Shown here: positions 47,976 through 57,036 of the stretch, piece by piece
How positions within the stretch are numbered: position 1 is the stretch's first letter
Layout of the letters: each line of letters starts with the position of its first letter
From: Bacteroidales bacterium
GTDB taxonomy: Bacteria > Bacteroidota > Bacteroidia > Bacteroidales > UBA10428
Reading direction: 5' to 3'
DNA: 64,000 nt
Assembly (NCBI GenBank): GCA_046485045.1
Contig: JAWOHT010000133.1
Location: forward strand, 16,203-80,202
Made by a program: the position numbers and the translations under genes
The notes under the pieces: generated by a model
What the model saw: only the letters and a program-made list of their open reading frames with translations
What the model was told of the DNA's origin: nothing
The model's database searches: none

Positions 47976-49958
47976 TTAATAATTGGGGTTTTGCCACATC
48001 CCAACTCCGGCTACATCACTTCTGTTTGTTGATGCTTCAATTAGAATTGAAGGAATTGGCCTTAAGTAATGTTTGTTTGCATCGAAATAAGAACTGGCAC
48101 CAGCGTTGTATAATTTCACGCGTTCTTCGAGTTTCATGGTGCGTTTCAGATCAAACCACCGCATATTTTCACCAACAAATTCACGCGCCCTTTCGTCCAG
48201 GATAAAATCAAGGTCAATATCAGCAGCACCGGTAATATTATAGCTTGCAAGCAGTGCAGCACCATTGCCCCCAATGGCACGTGCATTTGCCAGCAGTTCA
48301 ATATAAGGATATGCTACCGATGATCCCCCGGCGCCTAACAAAGCAGCCTCAGCAGCAATCAGGTACATCTCAGACAACCTGAATACTGGGAAATCTATTT
48401 TGCTGTAATAATCACTAAAGTTTGTGGCTGGCAATGTAATGGTTGATTGTGTATTCATAAATTTCGCAAAATGCGGAAAGATTTCTTTACCAAACGTATT
48501 AAGGGTTCCGTCTGCATTGTAGATATTTGTTACATCCAATATTTTATAACGTCCCTGTGCCCAATCTTTTTGGGCCTGGGTAAGAGGATATTTCGAATAA
48601 TACAAAGCTGTATCTGTCTGGGTACCAACAGACATTTTCGGATATAAGCATTTCGCGGGATTTGAAACATAAAACTGTGGTACAATATCAGGATGTTTAT
48701 ACCAGGCGGTATGGAAGGTTACATCCCAACGCTGATCAACTTTTTCATCAAATAGATCGTTTAGAAACCTGGATGGGCCAAATTTGGCATAAGACATATA
48801 ACGTACGTACCAATGTTTTACATCAACAATTGTTTTTAAGCTATCTGATTCTTTGGTATAATTCAAATGTTCACCGGCCGTTCTGATTAGTATATTTTGA
48901 AGAGGGGGTCCCCCTGTGGGATTGTTTTGACTGGCAATGCGCATGCCTAACCACAAATGCTGGCAATTACCGCCTCCGGACTCTGGTTGCCGCGTAAATA
49001 ATCCATTCCATACTACAGGTTTTCCTTCATTATCTTCACGGGGACGGATTGGAACATAATTATAAAAATTAGTTGGGCCTATTTCATCATAGTAGTCAAC
49101 TGCCCAAATAAATTCGTCATTTATAGGAGTATGGCTCTTATTTATATCCCATACATCTCCGTAGTTTGTATAAAGTTTTTTACCCAGGCCTGCGCTTGCA
49201 TCAATAACATCCTTTGCTTCCTGCAGGGCAACAGCATAATAATCTATCCCTTTATAATCAACTTTAACCCTGTTTTTATAGTAATCGCCTGCATAATATA
49301 AGGCGAGACGCGCTTTAAAAGCTTTTGCTGCAAGCCATGATACGCGAGAATCTGGCGCAACATTATTCGGGAGGTTATCAATACAATATTTTAGGTCTTC
49401 GAACATTAACGAATAAATTTCCTGTTCCGGATCCCTTTTAGATGTTGTTCCGGCTGATCTTACAGGCTCCTTATTGATCTGCATGGCGCCCCAGGTTTCT
49501 ACTATAATCCAATAGTAATAAGCCCTCAGGAACCTTGCTTCGGATTCAAGCACTTTTTTTCGATCTTCGGTGAGCAAATCACCGCTGGTGGAAACGTATT
49601 CAATAGCCAAATTACAAGTGTTGATAGCCACGTATAGAAATTCAGGCACTTCGGAGAGTGGCCAGGCCATTTCAGCGCCAAGGTTCTGGTAAATGTTAAA
49701 ATCGCTGGCAGTATTAGGATCCAACGCGTTGCTCCATAAATCGGTACCTAATTCCCCCATGGCAAGCATTGACTCTTTGCCGTAAAATCCCTTCATGTAG
49801 CCGTAACACATGGCCACAAGGCTTTCAAAATCCTCAGCAGTACTATAAACCATTCCTTCTGTCTTATCTATTTTAGATACTTCATCTAAAAAATCTGTGC
49901 AGGAAACCCCTGTAAGCAGATATAAACAAACGAGCAATACTATTTTATATTTTTTCAT
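47976..49958 (-). CDS. SusD/RagB family nutrient-binding outer-membrane lipoprotein (pair 1)
   Basis: The lipobox is LLTGVSCTDFLDE. SusD-like helical features are FLRAYYYWIIVETWG and RAREFVGENMRWFDLKR. It lies 19 nt downstream of susC-like gene 1. Confidence 0.92.
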   Translation of the reverse strand: MKKYKIVLLVCLYLLTGVSCTDFLDEVSKIDKTEGMVYSTAEDFESLVAMCYGYMKGFYGKESMLAMGELGTDLWSNALDPNTASDFNIYQNLGAEMAWPLSEVPEFLYVAINTCNLAIEYVSTSGDLLTEDRKKVLESEARFLRAYYYWIIVETWGAMQINKEPVRSAGTTSKRDPEQEIYSLMFEDLKYCIDNLPNNVAPDSRVSWLAAKAFKARLALYYAGDYYKNRVKVDYKGIDYYAVALQEAKDVIDASAGLGKKLYTNYGDVWDINKSHTPINDEFIWAVDYYDEIGPTNFYNYVPIRPREDNEGKPVVWNGLFTRQPESGGGNCQHLWLGMRIASQNNPTGGPPLQNILIRTAGEHLNYTKESDSLKTIVDVKHWYVRYMSYAKFGPSRFLNDLFDEKVDQRWDVTFHTAWYKHPDIVPQFYVSNPAKCLYPKMSVGTQTDTALYYSKYPLTQAQKDWAQGRYKILDVTNIYNADGTLNTFGKEIFPHFAKFMNTQSTITLPATNFSDYYSKIDFPVFRLSEMYLIAAEAALLGAGGSSVAYPYIELLANARAIGGNGAALLASYNITGAADIDLDFILDERAREFVGENMRWFDLKRTMKLEERVKLYNAGASSYFDANKHYLRPIPSILIEASTNRSDVAGVGMWQNPNY

Positions 49959-49977
49959 AACTCAATATATTTCTAAT

Positions 49978-52900
49978 TTAAAAATTCACATTTATCCCGA
50001 ATACTATGTTTTTCTGCAAAGGAAAATCATATCCCCCCCCCTGCTCAGCATCGTAGTTTTTCAATTTACTGAAAACAAACATATTCTTGAGAGTAGCATA
50101 GACTTCAAGGTTTTGAATTTTGGCAGAATTTAACAACGCGTTAGGGAGCATATATGAAAAGGTAATATCCTTAATTTTTATAAAAGATCCGTCAACATAC
50201 TTCAACGATTTGAGGTGTGTCAGCGAGGTATTATTACCGTTTTCTGAGTATCTCGGAAAAAGGGCGCTTGTATTCTGGGGGGTCCAGCTTTCAACATAAG
50301 CCCCGTTTGTTTTGTCCCTGGAATCCTTAATCCTGTCATAGAATCCGTAACTGATAGTTTGTCCCCAACGACCAATGGAATATATCCTGAGGCCGAATTT
50401 ACCAACCTTTGTTTTCAGGTGAACGTTACTGCCAAGTCCGAAAAGAAAAGCAGGCGAAGCATCCATCACGACTCTGTCCTCAAGGGTAAACTGCCCGTCA
50501 TTGTTCTTGTCTACCAGCTTTATATCTCCCGGCTCAAATTGATTCACCAACATAGGTATCCTTCCTTTTTCAATACTGTCACCGGTTATCCTTTGCTGAC
50601 TAACATACAGAAATTCAGCCTCCAGGTCTTCTATTTGGTAAATACCATCATTTTCGTAATAATAAAATGCATCAGCAGGGCTGTCGACTTTCCAGATTCT
50701 TTCATTTCCATCCTTAATGTAAGGTAATTCACTGCCACCTTCGCGCAATTCGGTAATTTTATTTTTGTTAAGGGTAAAATTCATTTCGGCGGTCCAGTCT
50801 AAAGTTTTGTTATTAACGATACTCCCATTAAGGGCAATCTCAATACCCTGGTTTTTTGTTGATGCTACATTATCCCACATCTCTGAGTATACATTAACTG
50901 AAGGGAGCGGGACTTTAAACAACAGGTCATACGTCCTGGAATTATAATAATCAACACTACCTGAAAAGCGGTTATTGAATAACCCGAAATCAAGACCGAT
51001 GTTGTGGGTGGCTGTTCTTTCCCAGGTTAGATCTGAATTGCCTATCCTGAACGGCAGGTATTGGGAATATACATCTTCGCCAAAAGAAATGTAGCTTAGC
51101 GAATTAGACAACTTGGTCTGGCTGCTATAGGGCGGGATATCATAATTGCCTGCTATTCCCCAGCCATATCTGAATTTCAGGTATGAAACTGCATCTATAT
51201 TCTTCATAAAATCTTCCTCGCTGATACGCCAGCCCGTTGAAAAAGATGGGAAAAAACTCCATTTGTTCCCGGGAAATAGCACTGATGCACCATCGTACCT
51301 GATTGTGGCCTGAAATAAGTACTTGTCTAATAAACTGTAATTGGCACGGCCAAAATACGATAGTAATTGTTTCCGGCTATATTCAGATTTATATCTCATA
51401 TTTGACTGAAGGAACCCGTTAAAATCGAAGTATTGGGTTGACTCAAGCGGTTGTTCAAACCCTGTTATCTCCATTCTTGTTCTCACTTGTTCATATGTTT
51501 CGGAACCAGCCATCAGGCTGATATTATGTACGCCAATGTTTTTTTTGTAAGTAAGAACATTGTTCCAGGTGTAGGATTTTGAGTCATGGTTTATGAGATC
51601 TGACCTGCGTTGACGATTGACGTGTTGCTGAATTGAATTTCCCGAATGGTATTCGCCTTCTTTCGTTATGGTGAGGTCTATCCCTAAACTGGAACGAAAA
51701 CTTAATCCTTTAAATATTTCCCAGTTTAAATATGTTGAACCAAATACGCGACTGGATAATATGTCGTGCACCTGCGCCCCCGGCACCTCATCTAACATTG
51801 GCGATATCTGGTTATCTGCCCAAACCGGGTCGGGTATATTATTATATGTGCCATCTTCATTATATAGTGTGCCGATCGGGCCGCATTTGAGGGCCTGGTT
51901 AAAAATACCCCCATCGCGTTTATTATACTCTTTATAGGTATAAAGGATATTGGCCCCTACTTTAATCGATTTTCTAAAGGAATGATCGCCGCCAACATTA
52001 AAATTGTAACGTCTCATTTTGTCGCGGCGGAGCAGACCGTTATCGTCCATTAAACCCAAAGATAAATTAAAAGAATTTTTTTCGTCTCCCCCGTTCAAAG
52101 AAAATTCATGGTTCTGCGACCAGGAATTCTTAATAATCATGTCGAGGTAATCAAGACTTGTATTGTTTCTCAGAAGTTCAAGCGCGGATAAGTTAAGGGT
52201 AATAAGTTCATATCTGTCTGCAACACCCCGGCTGGCTATCAGGCTCTCCTCTGTTACAGAGCCAAATACCTTCCATGGTTCGGGATTCGTTTCTTCATTC
52301 CAGACGACCATACCGGTTGTTCTGTTATACCATACATTCTCCTTACTCCATGCAGTAAATTCTTCTTTCGATATCTCTTTTTGAATAAGCTTTTCCCGAT
52401 ATTGCAAACCATCCATAACATCAGGAATATAGGTGGGCATATTGTAAGAAAAATAATTGGAATAAGACATATTCATTTTTCCATCTCCACCTTTTTTGGT
52501 CGTGATAAGAATAACACCATTGGACCCTTTTGTACCATAAATGGCGGTTGATGCAACATCTTTCAATACATCAATTGACTCAATGTCAGAGGCATTTATA
52601 TCCAATGTATTTCCGTACTCAACTCCGTCAACCAGGATAAGAGGATCATTTGAGGCAGAGATAGAACGAATGCCACGCATAGTTATATTAATGGATGCTC
52701 CGGCCTGTCCGTCTGAAGTGGTTAAATCCAGACCTGCCACTTTGCCCTGTAAGGCCTGTAAGGCATTTGTTGATTTATTCGCTTCAATATCGGCAGATCT
52801 AACGGAGGTAACTGCTCCTGTAAGGTCTCTTTTTCTCATCGTTCCGTATCCGATTACCACAACCTCATCAAGCGCCTGCAAATCGGGAATAAGCCGGATA

Positions 52901-53199
52901 TCAATGACGGTTCTGCCGGCTACATTAATACTTTCGGTATTATAGCCGATATATGAAAAATTCAGGTTGGCCTGGTCAGAAGCAACTGATATTTCATATA
53001 AACCATCAATATTTGTTATGGTACCCTGTTGGGTTCCCTCAATAACAACATTTACACCAGGTAAAGCAGTTCCTGACTCGGCATCTGTAACAGTACCTGT
53101 AATTAATTTTTCTTGTCCCCAGATATTAAAATTTACTGTAAACAAAATAGCACATGAAATCATAAGCATGTGCCAGAATAGATTTTTTTTAGTAGTCAT
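49978..53199 (-). CDS. SusC/RagA family TonB-linked outer-membrane protein (pair 1)
   Basis: 1073 aa. CarbopepD_reg-like domain GTVTDAESGTALPGVNVVIEGTQQGTITNIDGLY, TonB box/plug DEVVVIGYGTMRKRDLTGAV and a terminal Phe. Confidence 0.95.
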   Translation of the reverse strand: MTTKKNLFWHMLMISCAILFTVNFNIWGQEKLITGTVTDAESGTALPGVNVVIEGTQQGTITNIDGLYEISVASDQANLNFSYIGYNTESINVAGRTVIDIRLIPDLQALDEVVVIGYGTMRKRDLTGAVTSVRSADIEANKSTNALQALQGKVAGLDLTTSDGQAGASINITMRGIRSISASNDPLILVDGVEYGNTLDINASDIESIDVLKDVASTAIYGTKGSNGVILITTKKGGDGKMNMSYSNYFSYNMPTYIPDVMDGLQYREKLIQKEISKEEFTAWSKENVWYNRTTGMVVWNEETNPEPWKVFGSVTEESLIASRGVADRYELITLNLSALELLRNNTSLDYLDMIIKNSWSQNHEFSLNGGDEKNSFNLSLGLMDDNGLLRRDKMRRYNFNVGGDHSFRKSIKVGANILYTYKEYNKRDGGIFNQALKCGPIGTLYNEDGTYNNIPDPVWADNQISPMLDEVPGAQVHDILSSRVFGSTYLNWEIFKGLSFRSSLGIDLTITKEGEYHSGNSIQQHVNRQRRSDLINHDSKSYTWNNVLTYKKNIGVHNISLMAGSETYEQVRTRMEITGFEQPLESTQYFDFNGFLQSNMRYKSEYSRKQLLSYFGRANYSLLDKYLFQATIRYDGASVLFPGNKWSFFPSFSTGWRISEEDFMKNIDAVSYLKFRYGWGIAGNYDIPPYSSQTKLSNSLSYISFGEDVYSQYLPFRIGNSDLTWERTATHNIGLDFGLFNNRFSGSVDYYNSRTYDLLFKVPLPSVNVYSEMWDNVASTKNQGIEIALNGSIVNNKTLDWTAEMNFTLNKNKITELREGGSELPYIKDGNERIWKVDSPADAFYYYENDGIYQIEDLEAEFLYVSQQRITGDSIEKGRIPMLVNQFEPGDIKLVDKNNDGQFTLEDRVVMDASPAFLFGLGSNVHLKTKVGKFGLRIYSIGRWGQTISYGFYDRIKDSRDKTNGAYVESWTPQNTSALFPRYSENGNNTSLTHLKSLKYVDGSFIKIKDITFSYMLPNALLNSAKIQNLEVYATLKNMFVFSKLKNYDAEQGGGYDFPLQKNIVFGINVNF
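53069..53092 (-). repeat. 24-nt exact inverted-repeat arm inside the 5' end of susC-like gene 1
   Basis: The reverse complement TGTTACAGATGCCGAGTCAGGAAC is identical to 53762-53785. Confidence 0.9.
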
Positions 53200-53654
53200 A
53201 AATTAGAGTTTAAGGTTAATAAATAAAACAGATAGTTTTTTGTAATGCAGAACTTAGGATTCTCTTCTGTGTTTTTTTTATACAAATTTATTATATTCAA
53301 TAAGATTATCAAATATGTTTTTAATATAAATGAATAATGCAGGTCGACACAATATAGCAATTCATAGATATATTTAACAGGACGTTTATGTCCTTATTAC
53401 CCAAATATATTCAGAGTTACTATTGAAAATTTGATTATTTATAATAAGTTTGTATGTAAAAAAATAAACGGAAATTTCATAAGATTGAAATAACTACTTA
53501 ACATCGTAAATACCAAAAAAACAGGAATATAAATACTACCCTTAAATATTGTATGAGATGAACTTTACTGCATTAAATGGAATAGCTAATGCATTAAATT
53601 TTAATCTAAATAAGCATCAATTAACTAGTATTAACAATCTAAAAACCAAAAACT

Positions 53655-56600
53655 ATGAGATTAAAAATCAAATCACAATGGCATATCCTGACCATATTAG
53701 CGGCTATGCTGTTAGGAGTGTGTAATAATATCTGGGCGCAGACATTTGTTGTGACAGGTATTGTTACAGATGCCGAGTCAGGAACCCCTTTACCCGGTGT
53801 AAATGTAATCATTGAGGGAACACAACAGGGAACCATCACAAACATCAACGGTTTATATGAACTTACAGTTCCTTCTGATCAGGCGAAATTAAATTTTTCA
53901 TTTATCGGTTATAATACCCTGAACATCGAAGTTGCAGGACGAACAGTCATAGATGTAAAACTTTTACCGGAATTACAGGCGCTTGATGAAGTTGTTGTGA
54001 TCGGTTACGGTACCATGAGGAAGAAAGACCTTACAGGATCAGTTGCTTCTGTTAAAGCATCTGATATAGCTGCCAATAAAGGTTCAAACGCTTTAGAACT
54101 TTTGCAGGGGAAAGTAGCAGGTTTAGATCTTGTAAAATCAAGTGGGCAAACAGGTTCCGGCTTAAAGCTAACCCTGCGGGGTGTTAGATCTATCAATGCA
54201 AGTAATGAACCCCTAATCTTGGTTGATGGGGTAGAATATGGAAGCACCCTAGATATAAATGCCGCAGATATTCAATCTGTTGATGTATTGAAAGACGCAG
54301 CCTCAACTGCAATATATGGCACAAGGGGAGCCAACGGGGTTATTATTATTACTACAAAAAAGGGTGAAACCGGCAAAATGAATGTGTCGTACAATTCATA
54401 TGTTTCACATAATACACCTGTATTTATCCAACATATTCAAAACGGTGCAGAATACGCTGATAAGTATATTATGAAAGCTGTCGCCGATGCGGAAAATGGA
54501 TTGTATTATAATCAGAATATAACGTATGATTTACTTACAGGAGCGGTCAACTGGGATCAGACAGCATATCCCAACCCAACCAGTATGTTTGGAACTGTAA
54601 CTGTTGACGGGCTTGTTGCAAGCAGAAATTTAAATAATAAATATCAACTTGTCACTACCGACCTCACTGCTGTTGAACGTATGGTTAATGGAGTGAGTAT
54701 TGATTACCTTGACCTGATTATGATTAATTCATGGTCACAGAATCATGAGTTTTCTGTAACAGGTGGCAATGACAAAACGACAATTAACTTTTCTTTGGGT
54801 TATTTGGATGACAATGGGATGATACGCAGAGATGCCCTTGACAGGTACAATGTTAAGATTGGTGTTGATCAGAAATTTGGCAAGTCAATACAAGCCGGGG
54901 CAGATGTATTGTTTACAAAAAAATACCACTTTAAAAGGTATAGCGGTATCTTTAACACTGCACTAAAATGCGGGCCTGTAGGTGTACTTTATAATGAAGA
55001 CGGTACCTATTCGGTTAGACCAGACGGAATAATGGAGTATAACCAGTATAGCCCTATGCTGGATGAAGTACCGGGGGCAAATGTTGATGAGGTTTTCGAT
55101 AACAGGCTTTTCGGAGTCGGATACATCAACTGGAACATCATTCCCGGATTATCCTTTCGCTCAAGCCTGGCTGCCGATTTTACTTTTCTAAAAGAAGGTA
55201 TTTTTATGGGGCCAAAATCAATTCGCAAGATTACAAAGAGTGAGTCCGAATCTCAAATGATACATGAGGAACGTACAAAATATACCTGGGATAATGTAGT
55301 GAACTATTCCAAAACTCTTGGTAAAAGCCACCGTATTAACGCGATGATAGGTTCATCTGTTTATTATAACGAAACCGTATATAATAAAATTATTGGGTAC
55401 AACCAACCATTGACAGAAACCGAGTATTACGATTTTAATGCAATAACGAGTTTTGGAAGCGCATCTGACTATAGTAAATATCAGATGTTATCGTTTTTTG
55501 GCCGTATAAACTATAGTCTCAATGATAAGTACCTGTTCCAGGCAACTATCAGAAACGATGGTTCATCTGTATTGTACAAAGATGACAGATGGTCATCCTT
55601 TCCATCTGCATCGGTTGGATGGAGACTGAGCGAAGAAGAGTTCCTTAAAAATTTCAGTTTCATTAACAACCTTAAGCTGAGGTATAGTTGGGGCATAGCT
55701 GGTAATGCTGCCATCAAACCATACATGAGCCTTACAAAACTTGGCAATATACCCAATTACTATTCTTTTGGCAATCAAACAATATCGCAATATGTTCCTT
55801 TCCAGCCCGGTAACAAAGAATTAACCTGGGAAGCAACAACATCTCATAACATAGGTCTTGATTTCGGTGTACTAAACAACAGGATTTTCGGAGCGGTTGA
55901 CTTTTATGCATCCAAAACCAAAGACCTTATCTTCGAAGTACTTCTCCCATATTCTTCCGGGTTTCCAATTACCACTGCAAATGTAGCAGGAAGCGAGAAC
56001 ACAGGTGTGGAACTATCTTTAACCACCGTGAATATGAAATCAAAAGTATTAGAATGGAGTACCGACTGGACATTTGCCCTCAATCGAAACAAAATTACCG
56101 CGCTCCGTGGCGATGTTACCGAATTGATACATTATGCAGATGCTTTCGATGCCAATAAACCAGCAATGTTGTGGAAAATTGGCAGCCCAATGAATAGCTG
56201 GTACACTTACGATGTTGAGGGTATATATTCAGTTGAAGACCTTCAGTCTGAACTTAATTATATTGCACAGCAGAAGCAAAGTGGAGATTCCATTGAAAGA
56301 GGCAGGATACCTATGGTCAGCAATGGCTTTTATCCCGGAAATATCAAACTGGCCGACAAGAATAATGACGGACAATTCAAAGAGGAAGACAAAATACTGA
56401 TGAATGCCGATCCGGATTATATTCTCAGTTTAAGCAACACAGTTACCGTAAAGACCAAAGTTGGTGATTTTGGCTTCTATTTTAGCGCCATAGGCCGTAT
56501 CGGACAAACAATTTCGTATGATCTCTATCAACGTTATAAAACAGCCACTGACTGGACCAATGGAGCCTATGTTGAAGCATGGACACCCACCAACACCGGC

Positions 56601-56894
56601 ACCAGGTTTCCCCGCTATTCATCCTATGGAAACGGCAAAATGTCAACATTTACAGAGCCATTACAATTTATTGACGGCTCATTCGTGAAAATAAAGGATG
56701 TTACCCTGTCTTATTTTCTGCCAAATATCTGGGTAGAAAAAATTAAGATTTCAAATTTAAGGGTATATATGACTTTGAGAAATATGAGAAATCTTATATT
56801 TAGCTCAATAGAGAACTATGATCCCGAAAATAACGGTTCTATGAATTTTCCGCTTTCACAGCAGGTCATATTTGGCCTTAACCTGGATTTTTAA
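53655..56894 (+). CDS. SusC/RagA family TonB-linked outer-membrane protein (pair 2)
   Basis: 1079 aa. GIVTDAESGTPLPGVNVIIEGTQQGTITNINGLY, DEVVVIGYGTMRKKDLTGSV and a terminal Phe. It is a paralogue of the 49978-53199 gene. Confidence 0.95.
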   Translation: MRLKIKSQWHILTILAAMLLGVCNNIWAQTFVVTGIVTDAESGTPLPGVNVIIEGTQQGTITNINGLYELTVPSDQAKLNFSFIGYNTLNIEVAGRTVIDVKLLPELQALDEVVVIGYGTMRKKDLTGSVASVKASDIAANKGSNALELLQGKVAGLDLVKSSGQTGSGLKLTLRGVRSINASNEPLILVDGVEYGSTLDINAADIQSVDVLKDAASTAIYGTRGANGVIIITTKKGETGKMNVSYNSYVSHNTPVFIQHIQNGAEYADKYIMKAVADAENGLYYNQNITYDLLTGAVNWDQTAYPNPTSMFGTVTVDGLVASRNLNNKYQLVTTDLTAVERMVNGVSIDYLDLIMINSWSQNHEFSVTGGNDKTTINFSLGYLDDNGMIRRDALDRYNVKIGVDQKFGKSIQAGADVLFTKKYHFKRYSGIFNTALKCGPVGVLYNEDGTYSVRPDGIMEYNQYSPMLDEVPGANVDEVFDNRLFGVGYINWNIIPGLSFRSSLAADFTFLKEGIFMGPKSIRKITKSESESQMIHEERTKYTWDNVVNYSKTLGKSHRINAMIGSSVYYNETVYNKIIGYNQPLTETEYYDFNAITSFGSASDYSKYQMLSFFGRINYSLNDKYLFQATIRNDGSSVLYKDDRWSSFPSASVGWRLSEEEFLKNFSFINNLKLRYSWGIAGNAAIKPYMSLTKLGNIPNYYSFGNQTISQYVPFQPGNKELTWEATTSHNIGLDFGVLNNRIFGAVDFYASKTKDLIFEVLLPYSSGFPITTANVAGSENTGVELSLTTVNMKSKVLEWSTDWTFALNRNKITALRGDVTELIHYADAFDANKPAMLWKIGSPMNSWYTYDVEGIYSVEDLQSELNYIAQQKQSGDSIERGRIPMVSNGFYPGNIKLADKNNDGQFKEEDKILMNADPDYILSLSNTVTVKTKVGDFGFYFSAIGRIGQTISYDLYQRYKTATDWTNGAYVEAWTPTNTGTRFPRYSSYGNGKMSTFTEPLQFIDGSFVKIKDVTLSYFLPNIWVEKIKISNLRVYMTLRNMRNLIFSSIENYDPENNGSMNFPLSQQVIFGLNLDF
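53762..53785 (+). repeat. 24-nt exact inverted-repeat arm inside the 5' end of susC-like gene 2
   Basis: TGTTACAGATGCCGAGTCAGGAAC is the partner of 53069-53092. The flanking DNA is about 80% identical by hand alignment over more than 100 nt. Confidence 0.9.
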
Positions 56895-57036
56895 CAATAC
56901 ATATTTTTATGAAAAACCCACATATAAACACATGTTTAACACAAAGATCGGATGATTTTTTATTTCCGCGCCTTTCTATCAACAGACCGGGAAATGTGGG
57001 TTGCATCCAATCTTTGAAAAATAATTCAACACAAGG

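Noticed and set aside
53558-53737. Asn/Lys-rich ORF of about 59 codons (MNFTALNGIANALNFNLNKHQ...) overlapping the susC2 start
   Set aside because: Its composition mirrors the AT-rich intergenic DNA. It overlaps the well-supported susC2 signal peptide in another frame.
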